Position numbers and translations under genes: made by a program
The notes under the pieces: generated by a model
Told to the model about the DNA's origin: nothing
Database searches by the model: none
Seen by the model: only the letters and a program-made list of their open reading frames with translations
NCBI GenBank assembly: GCA_023244895.1
Contig: JAHFLL010000001.1
Location: 553,802-617,801, forward strand
From: Candidatus Liptonbacteria bacterium
GTDB lineage: Bacteria; Patescibacteriota; Minisyncoccia; UBA6257; 2-01-FULL-56-20
Reading direction: 5' to 3'
DNA: 64,000 nucleotides
Shown: piece after piece, positions 18,148 to 26,639 of the stretch
Layout of the letters: the number at the start of each line of letters is the position of its first letter
Numbering within the stretch: position 1 is the stretch's first letter

Positions 18148-19449
18148 ATGCCTCGCGCACAAAGGAATAAGGCGTGGGTGGTTACGGTTAATATGGGCTA
18201 TGGGCACCAGCGCGCCACCGCTCCGCTTGCTTCGCTCTCTCCCACTTTAAAAGCGATAACCGCCAACGACTACGAAGGCATCCCGGAGGCGGATAAGCTT
18301 ATTTGGGATCAGAGCGAGTCCTTTTATTACTTTATCTCCCGGCTCAAAGATAAGAACGCGCTGGGCCGTTTTATTTTTTCCATTTTTGATAAATACCAAA
18401 ATATCAGCGAATTCCACTCCGCCAATAAGGAAGTCGCTCCGACTCTCCAGTTGCGCAAACTCTATTCCCAGCTAAAACGCGGCTGGGGCAAGCATCTTAT
18501 AGAAAAATTGGCCAAGCGCCCCCTACCGCTTGTTACCTCTTTCTTCTCCATCGCCTACATGGCGGAATATTTTAATTACCCCTGCCAGATCTATCTTATC
18601 GTAACCGACTCGGACATCTCCCGCGCCTGGGCCCCGCTCCAGCCCTCCCGCACTAAAATAAAGTACCTGGCGCCCACGGACCGGGCGGTAGAAAGACTTA
18701 AAACTTACGGCATAAAATCGGAAAATATAATTTACACCGGATTTCCCCTGCCCCCTGGCCTGGTAGGGAAAAAATCCTTAATAGCGAAAAGAAATCTAAA
18801 GGCCCGGATGGCGCGCCTAGACCCAGAAAATAGCTACTCCTCTCTTTATTCCTCTCTTATGACTTCCTATCTGGGAAAGTCGTCCAACATAGGAGCTAGA
18901 AAGCGCGAGCCGGTCAGCCTGGCCTTCGTGGTGGGCGGGGCGGGGGCGCAGGTGGATATCGGACTCCAAATACTTAGGAGTCTGGCTGGCTTGATTCGGA
19001 AAAATAAAATACATCTCTACCTCGTCTCCGGCATTTCCGAAAAGGCCAATCAAGATTTCTTGAAAGAAATTACCCGCTTGCGTCTTGGTAAGTTTTTAGG
19101 CAAATCCATCTTTTCTTTATTCCGCTACAACAAAGAAGAGTATTTCTCGGAATTCGACAAGCTGCTCGGCAAGTTGGATATTCTTTGGACCAAGCCCTCG
19201 GAATTATCATTTTACGGAGCGCTGGGCCTGCCTATTATTATCGCTCCGCCGGTTGGCTCCCAAGAAGTTCAAAACCGCAAATGGCTACTTGGCATCGGGG
19301 TGGGCACCGATCAACTTTCCCCAAGCTACACGCAGGAATGGCTACCCAAGATGATCAAAGATGGGCATTTGGCCGGGGCGGCCATGCAGGGCTTTATTGA
19401 GATGGAGAGAGGTGGCACCGAAAACATAATTAAAATAATAGAAAGATAA
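18148..19449 (+). CDS. Hypothetical; possibly MGDG-synthase/MurG-like (GT28-fold) glycosyltransferase
   Basis: N-terminal GYGHQRA resembles the G-x-GH-x-x-A motif of GT28/MGDG-synthase N-domains; the rest is unassigned. Confidence 0.35.
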   Translation: MPRAQRNKAWVVTVNMGYGHQRATAPLASLSPTLKAITANDYEGIPEADKLIWDQSESFYYFISRLKDKNALGRFIFSIFDKYQNISEFHSANKEVAPTLQLRKLYSQLKRGWGKHLIEKLAKRPLPLVTSFFSIAYMAEYFNYPCQIYLIVTDSDISRAWAPLQPSRTKIKYLAPTDRAVERLKTYGIKSENIIYTGFPLPPGLVGKKSLIAKRNLKARMARLDPENSYSSLYSSLMTSYLGKSSNIGARKREPVSLAFVVGGAGAQVDIGLQILRSLAGLIRKNKIHLYLVSGISEKANQDFLKEITRLRLGKFLGKSIFSLFRYNKEEYFSEFDKLLGKLDILWTKPSELSFYGALGLPIIIAPPVGSQEVQNRKWLLGIGVGTDQLSPSYTQEWLPKMIKDGHLAGAAMQGFIEMERGGTENIIKIIER

Positions 19450-20384
19450 TGCTCTGGTTCTGGCTATCAATTTTCGCATACTTCCTTTTCGCTATTAATC
19501 AGCTTTGGGACAGGTATCTACTTACCAAGCTTTTCCCGGACACCCTGGTCTACGCCTTCTACGCCGGCATGCTGAGCGGGGTGGTGGTGGTAGCCGTGCC
19601 TTTCTTAGGGTTTCCGATTGGCAACACGGCCTTTATCTTGTCCGCTCTTTTTTGCGGAGCCGTATTCGTAATTGCGCTGGTCGTAAATTATATGGCACTC
19701 CGGAAATACGAAGCTTCCCGCATCGTGCCGGCAATTGGCGGACTCTTGCCCTTAGTCACCCTGCTCTTAACCTATCTTGTTTTCCCGAACGAAAAGATGG
19801 CAACCGGGCAAATAATATCTTTTGGTTTATTCACATTGGGTAGCATAATAATTACCGCCCGGGGCTGGTCGCACATCTTCTCGCGTAGTTTTGGGTATGC
19901 CGTGACGGCGGCAATCCTCTTCGGAATATATTTCGCGTCTCTACGCTATGTCTACGAAATAGGACCGTCTTTTTGGGGAGGGTTTCTTTGGACTAGACTC
20001 GGGAGCGTTTTAGCCGCTATTCTTATTTTTCTCTTCGTAGGTAGTGTCCGCAAAACCGTACTCGCGAGACACACGCGAGAAAACGTCAGTGCCAAACAAG
20101 GCAGAATAAAAGCCGGCCTTCTCTTTCTGGGTAATAAGGGCCTGGGCGCGACCGCTACCATAGTCCAAAACGGAGCGGTCTCTGTCGCGCCACCCCTCGC
20201 TGTTTCTCTTATAAACTCTCTGCAGGGCGCGCAATATATTTTTTTGATGATTATCGCCTATCTGGCTTCTCGGGAGTTGCCTCAACTACTCAAAGAATCC
20301 TTCCGTGGTAAAATTCTGATCCAAAAGCTATTCGCGATATTGTTGTTTGCGGCAGGCACGCTGGTGCTTATTTATTACCAATGA
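19449..20384 (+). CDS. Polytopic membrane protein (about 10 TM, DMT/EamA-like)
   Basis: Strongly hydrophobic throughout; start overlaps the upstream stop (ataATG), suggesting translational coupling. Confidence 0.5.
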   Translation: MLWFWLSIFAYFLFAINQLWDRYLLTKLFPDTLVYAFYAGMLSGVVVVAVPFLGFPIGNTAFILSALFCGAVFVIALVVNYMALRKYEASRIVPAIGGLLPLVTLLLTYLVFPNEKMATGQIISFGLFTLGSIIITARGWSHIFSRSFGYAVTAAILFGIYFASLRYVYEIGPSFWGGFLWTRLGSVLAAILIFLFVGSVRKTVLARHTRENVSAKQGRIKAGLLFLGNKGLGATATIVQNGAVSVAPPLAVSLINSLQGAQYIFLMIIAYLASRELPQLLKESFRGKILIQKLFAILLFAAGTLVLIYYQ

Positions 20385-21397
20385 AGATAAGGCTTATTCT
20401 TAAAAAAATTCTCAAAATATCCTCATGGGTAGCCATTTCTTTGGCAATCTTGCTTTTGGTTTTGGTGGCAATATTTTCTATCGGTAGCAATAAACCGGCA
20501 GAGAATATGGTCTGGGGCGTAAATTTTTCCCAAAAGCACGCATCCGCGCTGGGACTTGATTGGCGAGAAACGTATTCAGCCATATTAGACGACCTGGGGG
20601 CGCGCCAGATTCGCATAGCCTCCCACTGGGACTTAATTGAGAAAGAGCCCGGACGGTTTGATTTTAGCGACTTGGACTGGCAAGTAGACATGGCCGCTAC
20701 CCGTAACGCTAAAATAATATTGGCGGTAGGCATGAAAACTCCCCGCTGGCCGGAATGCCACTTGCCAGGCTGGACAGAAAACAAGGAATTGGACTGGGTC
20801 CAGGGCAGAACGAATAACTACATCAAGGCAGTTATGGAAAGATATCGCTCCAACGCCAACATTATCGCCTGGCAGATAGAGAACGAACCCTTCTTTTATT
20901 TTGGAGAGTGTCCCCCGCTTGACCCTGAGTTTTTCAAAAAAGAAATCGCGGCCGCCCGCCAGACCGACCCCCACAGAAAAATTATGGTAACCGACAGTGG
21001 CGAATTTTCTTCTTGGTTTAGGGCGGCGTCTTTAGGAGACATAGTCGGCACAACCCTCTATCGGGAAGCGTATTTTCATAGACTAAAAATGTTCTTGGAG
21101 TACCCGCTCGCGCCAACTTTTTATCGCAGGAAGGCGCAATTAGTGAGCTGGCTTTATGATAAGAAAGTTTTTCCGGTGGAGGTGCAGGCCGAACCCTGGT
21201 TCCAAAGCTACCCCTTGGGTGTGCCCGGACAAAAAAATCAGGACTTTACCTTAGATAAATTCAAGAGCAATCTGGAATATACGCGCCGGACCGGATTTGA
21301 AGAGGCATATCTGTGGGGCGCGGAATGGTGGTACTACGAGAAAACTAAACAAAATAATCCGACATTTTGGGAAGAAGCTAGGGCTTTGTACAACTAG
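20381..21397 (+). CDS. Membrane-anchored glycoside hydrolase, clan GH-A (GH5-like)
   Basis: N-terminal TM; IAWQIENEP (NEP acid/base motif of GH-A TIM barrels); 4-nt overlap with the upstream gene. Confidence 0.5.
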   Translation: MKIRLILKKILKISSWVAISLAILLLVLVAIFSIGSNKPAENMVWGVNFSQKHASALGLDWRETYSAILDDLGARQIRIASHWDLIEKEPGRFDFSDLDWQVDMAATRNAKIILAVGMKTPRWPECHLPGWTENKELDWVQGRTNNYIKAVMERYRSNANIIAWQIENEPFFYFGECPPLDPEFFKKEIAAARQTDPHRKIMVTDSGEFSSWFRAASLGDIVGTTLYREAYFHRLKMFLEYPLAPTFYRRKAQLVSWLYDKKVFPVEVQAEPWFQSYPLGVPGQKNQDFTLDKFKSNLEYTRRTGFEEAYLWGAEWWYYEKTKQNNPTFWEEARALYN

Positions 21398-22335
21398 TCA
21401 AATATCTTGACCAGGTAATTGTCTATGTCACGCTGGGACATTTCGTAAAAATACTTACCTTGATTGTGGAGGTCGGTTGCGAGCGCCACGCCCACAAAAC
21501 GCCAGTGCCAAGGTTCAAAAATGTAATAGCTGTTGTTCTTGGGATATGAAAGCACAAAGCCGTATTTATAAGCGTTTTCGTTCAACCACTTATAAGCGGA
21601 GGTGGATTCAAATTTAGTGGTAAGCACGGTACTGCTTGCGTTCAAAAGATCCACCGTAGTGCCAAGCTGATGTTCGGAGTAGCCCTGATCCGCGGAAAAG
21701 CGGTTCGCGCCCGATCCATAAGTTATTTTATAACCGGTCTTGACCGCGGCCTGATCCGCGAAAGAGCGATAGGCGGAAACTACTTTGAGCTCCATGCCTT
21801 GCGCGGAAGCATCCTGGAGCATCCTATTTAGGAACGGCAAAACCTGGACTAGAATCTGCTGGGTCTTCTTGGGGTCGGAAGAATATTTAGAGTCAATATT
21901 TAAAACGGAAGGCGGGGCATAGTTTTCATTCAAGAAATAAACTTTGGAATATTTGGCAAGTAACTCCGAGTCGGTTTTGCTCAATTTATCCAAAACTCCC
22001 ACCGTGCCGGAAATCTGATTAATCTGTTGCTGAATGGAATATTGTAGCTCGCCCGTCTTTTGTTGCTCCGAACGCAAGCTGGTAGATAGGTCTTCGTTCT
22101 GACCTGTAAGATGGGCGTTTTCCGCGCGCGCGTTCGCTAGTTTGTCGCGGGCTTCTTTAAGTGATACTTGCAAAGCCTCCACTCCCTCCCTGGTCACCTG
22201 ATTTTCATACACAAGAGCCCGATACCCGCTCCAAGCGTAAGCAAAACCAACCGCCAATAGAATAGCGACCAACCCCGCGATGGAGCCACGTAACACATTT
22301 TTCTTATTCACCCCGGACCAATCAATCTTCATCAC
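21394..22335 (-). CDS. D-alanyl-D-alanine carboxypeptidase, peptidase M15B (VanY-like), with N-terminal TM and coiled coil
   Basis: SAYRSFADQ and SEHQLGTTVD motifs (the H/D zinc ligands of VanY). Confidence 0.7.
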   Translation of the reverse strand: MMKIDWSGVNKKNVLRGSIAGLVAILLAVGFAYAWSGYRALVYENQVTREGVEALQVSLKEARDKLANARAENAHLTGQNEDLSTSLRSEQQKTGELQYSIQQQINQISGTVGVLDKLSKTDSELLAKYSKVYFLNENYAPPSVLNIDSKYSSDPKKTQQILVQVLPFLNRMLQDASAQGMELKVVSAYRSFADQAAVKTGYKITYGSGANRFSADQGYSEHQLGTTVDLLNASSTVLTTKFESTSAYKWLNENAYKYGFVLSYPKNNSYYIFEPWHWRFVGVALATDLHNQGKYFYEMSQRDIDNYLVKIFD

Positions 22336-22344
22336 AAAAATATT

Positions 22345-23079
22345 CTAACACAATCCGCCCCGTCTCTTAACTAATCTAATAACCTTCTTAAGACACATAT
22401 CCGCACGCGAGACAATATCATCCTCCTTAAACCGCAGAACGTCCCAGCTCCCCTCTTTTAAAAACTCATCCTTTTCGTTGTCCCTTTGGCGTTGCCGAGT
22501 ACCACTGTGCGCCTTAAGATTGTCGCACTCAATCGCTATTTTGCCCTGTTTGCAAAAAATAGCAAAATCTAAACGATATCTTTTTTTGGCGTCGTTCACC
22601 CAATATTGAGGTATCGCTTTAACGCCCGCTCCGCGCAACTTATTTTTTACCATCTCTTCCGTTTCCGCTACATCATATAATTGCAAAATATTTTGGGCAC
22701 GCAAGAGGCACAACAGAGTGGTAAATCCGAAAGAGACTCTCCGAGGGCTGGCATTTTTAATCGGACGCGCGAGCTTATTCAACTTACCCACCCGAATCCG
22801 CACGTAGTCATCCTTGGCCCTGGGGTGTCCCGACTCATTCGGCAATAGGTCTTCTCTGCGTGCCGTGCGAGAAGACAAAACCCTGGCGTAGTAGATGATC
22901 CTCTTGCCCGACCGTCCGAATAACGCGGGCTGATAGAAAGCTAAATATTTAAACTTGCCCTTGGGTAGGTGTTTTTTGGGGATACGGTACCAATGTTCTT
23001 TAAGCAGAATCTCAAGATCGCGCCTACTCTTCAGTACTCCTACTAAAACTGTTTTTTCCCTTGCTTCTTTTTTGGACAT
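22345..23079 (-). CDS. Two-domain protein: unknown N-terminal domain plus C-terminal DUF559 (Vsr-like endonuclease fold)
   Basis: C-terminus RLDFAI...IECDNLKAHSG...DVLRF matches the DUF559 pattern. Confidence 0.5.
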   Translation of the reverse strand: MSKKEAREKTVLVGVLKSRRDLEILLKEHWYRIPKKHLPKGKFKYLAFYQPALFGRSGKRIIYYARVLSSRTARREDLLPNESGHPRAKDDYVRIRVGKLNKLARPIKNASPRRVSFGFTTLLCLLRAQNILQLYDVAETEEMVKNKLRGAGVKAIPQYWVNDAKKRYRLDFAIFCKQGKIAIECDNLKAHSGTRQRQRDNEKDEFLKEGSWDVLRFKEDDIVSRADMCLKKVIRLVKRRGGLC

Positions 23080-23170
23080 ACGCTTGGCCTATATTATGTC
23101 AACCAATAAGACAAACTATTCTCGCGCACTGTCTCGCCCGGCTCCGAAGGGAGAAAACGAGGGCGTGCTT

Positions 23171-23770
23171 CTATGGCCTGGAAACAAGTTTTCTCCTAAA
23201 GAGACAGAGCGAAAAAATAGAGACGTTCGCCACGATAGTGGTGACCATATATATGAGCGTTAAGAAATTGTATTCTCCTAAGGAAATAATCGTGAGCGCG
23301 TTTGATATCGCAAATATCGCCCAAGAGCTGGGCGTTTCCGTCCAGGGCTCTTCAAATGTTTTCCGGAAACTTGGAATATATCCCAGACCATCTATAACCG
23401 AAACCATTACGACTGCCAATAATGGATTGTTAAGCCTCCACCAAGCCACTGTCGCCAGCAGGGCGGCCATTAAGACAATCGTGTCCGCTATGGTAATATT
23501 TCGCGTGCCAAACTTAAGAGATAGTAAAAAAACCGCGAAGACGAGGGTCGTAACAACCAACATAGAAAGCGTGCCCCAGCCACCCCCGCCGTACCAAAGC
23601 CCGGCTGTCGCCGTGCCCATGGTTATAGCCCAGATAAGCCAAGTATAGACGTGAGGCCTTGTCTTCTTTAGAAATATATCTCGAAAATAAGGGATGTATG
23701 CGCCAACCATCACTAGGCTGGCCAAGACAGAGATTATTAATTTCACATCAAGCCCTCCCAGATTTGTCAT
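23171..23770 (-). CDS. Hypothetical polytopic membrane protein
   Basis: 199 aa, 5-6 hydrophobic helices. Confidence 0.45.
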   Translation of the reverse strand: MTNLGGLDVKLIISVLASLVMVGAYIPYFRDIFLKKTRPHVYTWLIWAITMGTATAGLWYGGGGWGTLSMLVVTTLVFAVFLLSLKFGTRNITIADTIVLMAALLATVAWWRLNNPLLAVVMVSVIDGLGYIPSFRKTFEEPWTETPSSWAIFAISNALTIISLGEYNFLTLIYMVTTIVANVSIFSLCLFRRKLVSRP

Positions 23771-23793
23771 TGGGAAATTATAACACTAAGCAC

Positions 23794-23865
23794 GGATTCT
23801 CAGCTCCGACACCAGGACTCGAACCTGGAACCATCGCCTTAACAGGGCGCCGCTCTACCATTGAG
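23794..23865 (-). tRNA. tRNA-Asn (anticodon GTT)
   Basis: Reverse complement folds as a cloverleaf: acceptor tccgaca/tgtcgga, D-loop agctcaatggtagagc, anticodon loop ct-GTT-aa, T-loop ggttcgagtcc. Confidence 0.85.
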
Positions 23866-24218
23866 CTATGTCGGAATATTTAGAACCCCCTTAATTTAGC
23901 AAATTTCAGATTATTTGCAAACAATTTGGTTTACATGAGATTGCTGCCGTGCTAAGGTTGCCCCACGCTTAATTATGAGCGGTAAAAGTCGTAAATCTTT
24001 CAAATTTGATACACATCATGTACGAAATTAAGAACCAAGCTCCGGCGGAACCCACTGTCCCCCAGGAACCTCAGGCTCCTCAAGAGCCACAACCAGTCGG
24101 AGAACCGACTACTCCCCCGACTGAGCCAACGACCCCGACAGCGTAGGACCAACCAGGTTTATACAAAACAAAACCCCTTCTGGGGGTTTTGTTTTTTGTT
24201 CAGGCAAAATCGGAATAA

Positions 24219-26039
24219 CTACTTGTGGCTAGAATTGTTTTGCAAGGCATATAGTTTGCCCAACCGAGAATCTTTTTGACGCAACAACTCACGAAAACCG
24301 CCCCGTTCCACTATCTGTCCCCTCTCAATAACTATTACCTGATCAGCGTTCAAAAGAGTGGATAAACGATGAGCAATAATCACAAAGGTTTTGTCGGCGC
24401 CCAGGCCAGAAAAAAGTTTATCTATAATTCGTTTTTCAGTCTTACTGTCCAGTGCGGAAGTAGCTTCGTCCAAAACCAGAATGGGACAATTCTTGTAAAT
24501 CGCGCGGGCGATACCGATACGCTGACGCTCGCCTCCCGAGAGAGAATAGCCCCGTTCCCCGATCATAGTGTCTAACCCCTCCGGCAGACGCGCTATTACC
24601 TCTTTTAGGTCCGCAACTTGAATGGCCAGTTCAAGCAGACGTGGATCCAAGTCACGCATAACCGTGATGTTCTCCCGTAAGGTCAGATTAAAAAGCTCTG
24701 TCTCCTGCAAAACAATCGCGAATTGGCGCATAAGCTCCTCGCGACTCATGTCATAGAAATCCAAATTGTCTATCCGGAACTCACCCGACTTGATTTCATA
24801 TAACCCGAGCATAACCCTCGCCAGAGTGGATTTACCGCTACCGGAAGCACCCGCTACCCCAAAACGCGCGCCCCTGGGAATTGTTAGGTTAAATTTAGTA
24901 AGGCCGACTCGCTCTCCGGGATATTTAAATTCCGCGTTTTTTAAAACAATCTCGGACCAGTTATCTGGAAATTTGGCCTGACCGGAACGAATACTAGCGC
25001 TTTCTTTAAAGATAGGCATCATACGAGCCATATCCGCCTTGAAACCAATCAGAGTAGCGGTTAGATCGTTGGTGTCGTTAGCCGACTCCCTCAATTTGTT
25101 GAAGTAGGTATATAAAACTAAAATCATGCCCAAACTGATTGCCCCAGCTAAAAATTGACTGCCGATTATTAGCAGCAGCGCGGGATAGGCGCAAGCATTC
25201 CAAATCTGGAAAAAACGCCACTTAAGATTGTTGGTATAGATAACTTGATATTGGAGTCCTTGAGCGACTTCTTCTTGAGTCTTAATTTGTGAATGCATTT
25301 TCTGCTCCGCGCCAATCGCTTTGATAGATAGAATATTGCCCGTGCCTTCGATGTAGCTTCCGCTTGATTTTTCAAAAGCCTGGTTATAAGCAAGACTCAA
25401 TCTTTCTATTTTACGATTAAAACCAAACTGGATAACAAAAAACACCGCGCTATATATCAGTAAAAACAAGAAAAACCTCCAATCCACTAATAAGAAAAAG
25501 ATGGACACCGCCGTAAAATTCACTATCACCAGATAGAGATTGTTGCTCACAATCTTGGTGCACTCCATTAAAGATTGGCTACCGGTCAAAATGCGCTGGA
25601 CCTTGTTGCCGGTATTTTCCTGGGCATGCCAAAGAATGGAAAAGTTCATCAGGCGCTCAAAGCCCATAACTTTAACCCGAGAGCGGGTAGCGATACCGAT
25701 TCGGGACAATTCGTTTTTGCTATACAAACGAATAATCGCCACCAAACCATAAGACACGCCCAAAATAATAATGTATAGGTAAAATGGCGAGAGAGATGAG
25801 CCAAACTTATAATTTGTAAAAAAATCCACTATTTTCCCGACTAAGTATGCCGGAACTAATTCATAGAAATAAACCGCGAATAAAACTAGGTTAAAAATTA
25901 CGAAACCTCTCTTGTCTGAATCCAAGAAACGCCAGACCGTGCCTGGTATGTCCCGCCAGCGGAACTCGGCTACATCAACCTTGGAGTCCAAGTTGGGCGA
26001 CCTCAACAAGCCATATTGACTAGATAGGGGCAAACGCAT
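24219..26039 (-). CDS. ABC exporter, fused permease + ATPase (MsbA/ABCB-like)
   Basis: 6 TM followed by Walker A GASGSGKST, ABC signature LSGGERQR, Walker B ILVLDEATS; start trimmed to MRLPLSS. The longer ORF call would run through a minus-strand hairpin terminator (see minus-strand terminator at 26087..26125). Confidence 0.85.
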   Translation of the reverse strand: MRLPLSSQYGLLRSPNLDSKVDVAEFRWRDIPGTVWRFLDSDKRGFVIFNLVLFAVYFYELVPAYLVGKIVDFFTNYKFGSSLSPFYLYIIILGVSYGLVAIIRLYSKNELSRIGIATRSRVKVMGFERLMNFSILWHAQENTGNKVQRILTGSQSLMECTKIVSNNLYLVIVNFTAVSIFFLLVDWRFFLFLLIYSAVFFVIQFGFNRKIERLSLAYNQAFEKSSGSYIEGTGNILSIKAIGAEQKMHSQIKTQEEVAQGLQYQVIYTNNLKWRFFQIWNACAYPALLLIIGSQFLAGAISLGMILVLYTYFNKLRESANDTNDLTATLIGFKADMARMMPIFKESASIRSGQAKFPDNWSEIVLKNAEFKYPGERVGLTKFNLTIPRGARFGVAGASGSGKSTLARVMLGLYEIKSGEFRIDNLDFYDMSREELMRQFAIVLQETELFNLTLRENITVMRDLDPRLLELAIQVADLKEVIARLPEGLDTMIGERGYSLSGGERQRIGIARAIYKNCPILVLDEATSALDSKTEKRIIDKLFSGLGADKTFVIIAHRLSTLLNADQVIVIERGQIVERGGFRELLRQKDSRLGKLYALQNNSSHK

Positions 26040-26086
26040 AATAAGCCAATTATATAGAAAATAGACAGGAAAGGCGATTAATGTTT

Positions 26087-26125
26087 TCTCTAAAAAAGAT
26101 GCCGGGGAGTCACGCGACTCCCCGG
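26087..26125 (-). terminator. Minus-strand hairpin terminator (ccggggagtc-acgc-gactccccgg + T6)
   Basis: Perfect 10-bp stem at 26102-26125, followed on the minus strand by catcttttttag. Confidence 0.45.
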
Positions 26126-26401
26126 ACCAAAAACCCGTCCCTCTCACCCGTTCCCGTGCTGACGCTCCTGCTGACGCCGGCGCGAGCGGTTATTGCCCCG
26201 CTTGTGCGAGGCGTGAACCGCGCGCGACCCTCCGTGAGGACGCCGAGCGCTGCCGTTCTGTCCCTTGGGCCAGCCATGGCCGTTGCCATTGCCCTGTCCT
26301 TGCCTGCAGTGAATGCCCATGTGTGCTTTTCTCCTATGGGGGACAAACTGGGTTTTAAAATAACACGGCCGGCTGCATTCAGTCCATGTTGATGGACGTG
26401 A

Positions 26402-26429
26402 TTGACCCAAAACAAACTTGAGCTATCAT
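26402..26429 (+). promoter_or_regulatory. Putative sigma70 promoter TTGACC-16-TATCAT
   Basis: TTGACC 26402-26407, TATCAT 26424-26429, then GGAGG at 26451-26455. Confidence 0.4.
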
Positions 26430-26462
26430 TGATGCCAGTTACCCCCGACTGGAGGACTGACG

Positions 26463-26585
26463 ATGAGCTACCTGCAACTGGAGCGCCAGGCCAGCCGGCT
26501 GGCCTGGCTGACCCTGGCCTTCCCCCTCCTCCTCGCGCTAGCTCTTGTCTTGCGCGAGAATCGTACTAACGGCGGCTCAACGTGA
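26463..26585 (+). CDS. 40-aa hydrophobic peptide (MSYLQLERQASRLAWLTLAFPLLLALALVLRENRTNGGST)
   Basis: ATG 7 nt after GGAGG; single predicted TM helix; immediately followed by a strong terminator; lies in a GC-rich island. Confidence 0.4.
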   Translation: MSYLQLERQASRLAWLTLAFPLLLALALVLRENRTNGGST

Positions 26586-26603
26586 GCCGCCGCCCCCATT
26601 TTT
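26571..26603 (+). terminator. Rho-independent terminator (ggcggctca..tgagccgcc + ccccattttt)
   Basis: 9-bp stem followed by a T-run. Confidence 0.55.
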
Positions 26604-26639
26604 GCGCCTAGCTCAAAAAACGCCTAGAATTGAGTTCAT

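Noticed and set aside
24219-26147. Long ABC-exporter ORF call extending to 26147
   Set aside because: The extension crosses a minus-strand intrinsic terminator and enters the GC-rich island. The Met at 26039, just before the first TM, is the likely start.
26110-26415. Minus-strand ORFs of 88-101 aa (Ala/Arg/Gly-rich) in the GC-rich island
   Set aside because: Low-complexity translations expected from GC-rich DNA, no RBS, and they run through the G4/hairpin terminator. The region may be transcribed but I do not call a protein.
26126-26600. Checked GC-rich island 2, and island 1 at 3160-3650, for known structured RNAs (RNase P RNA, tmRNA, SRP RNA, FMN riboswitch upstream of the flavokinase fusion)
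   Set aside because: None of the conserved motifs (RNase P GGAAAGUCCGGGCUCC / ACAGAA.CCGGCUUA, tmRNA tRNA-like ends, SRP GGAAGCAGCCAAGG, RFN GGGUGAAAUUCC...CCGACGGU) are present on either strand.
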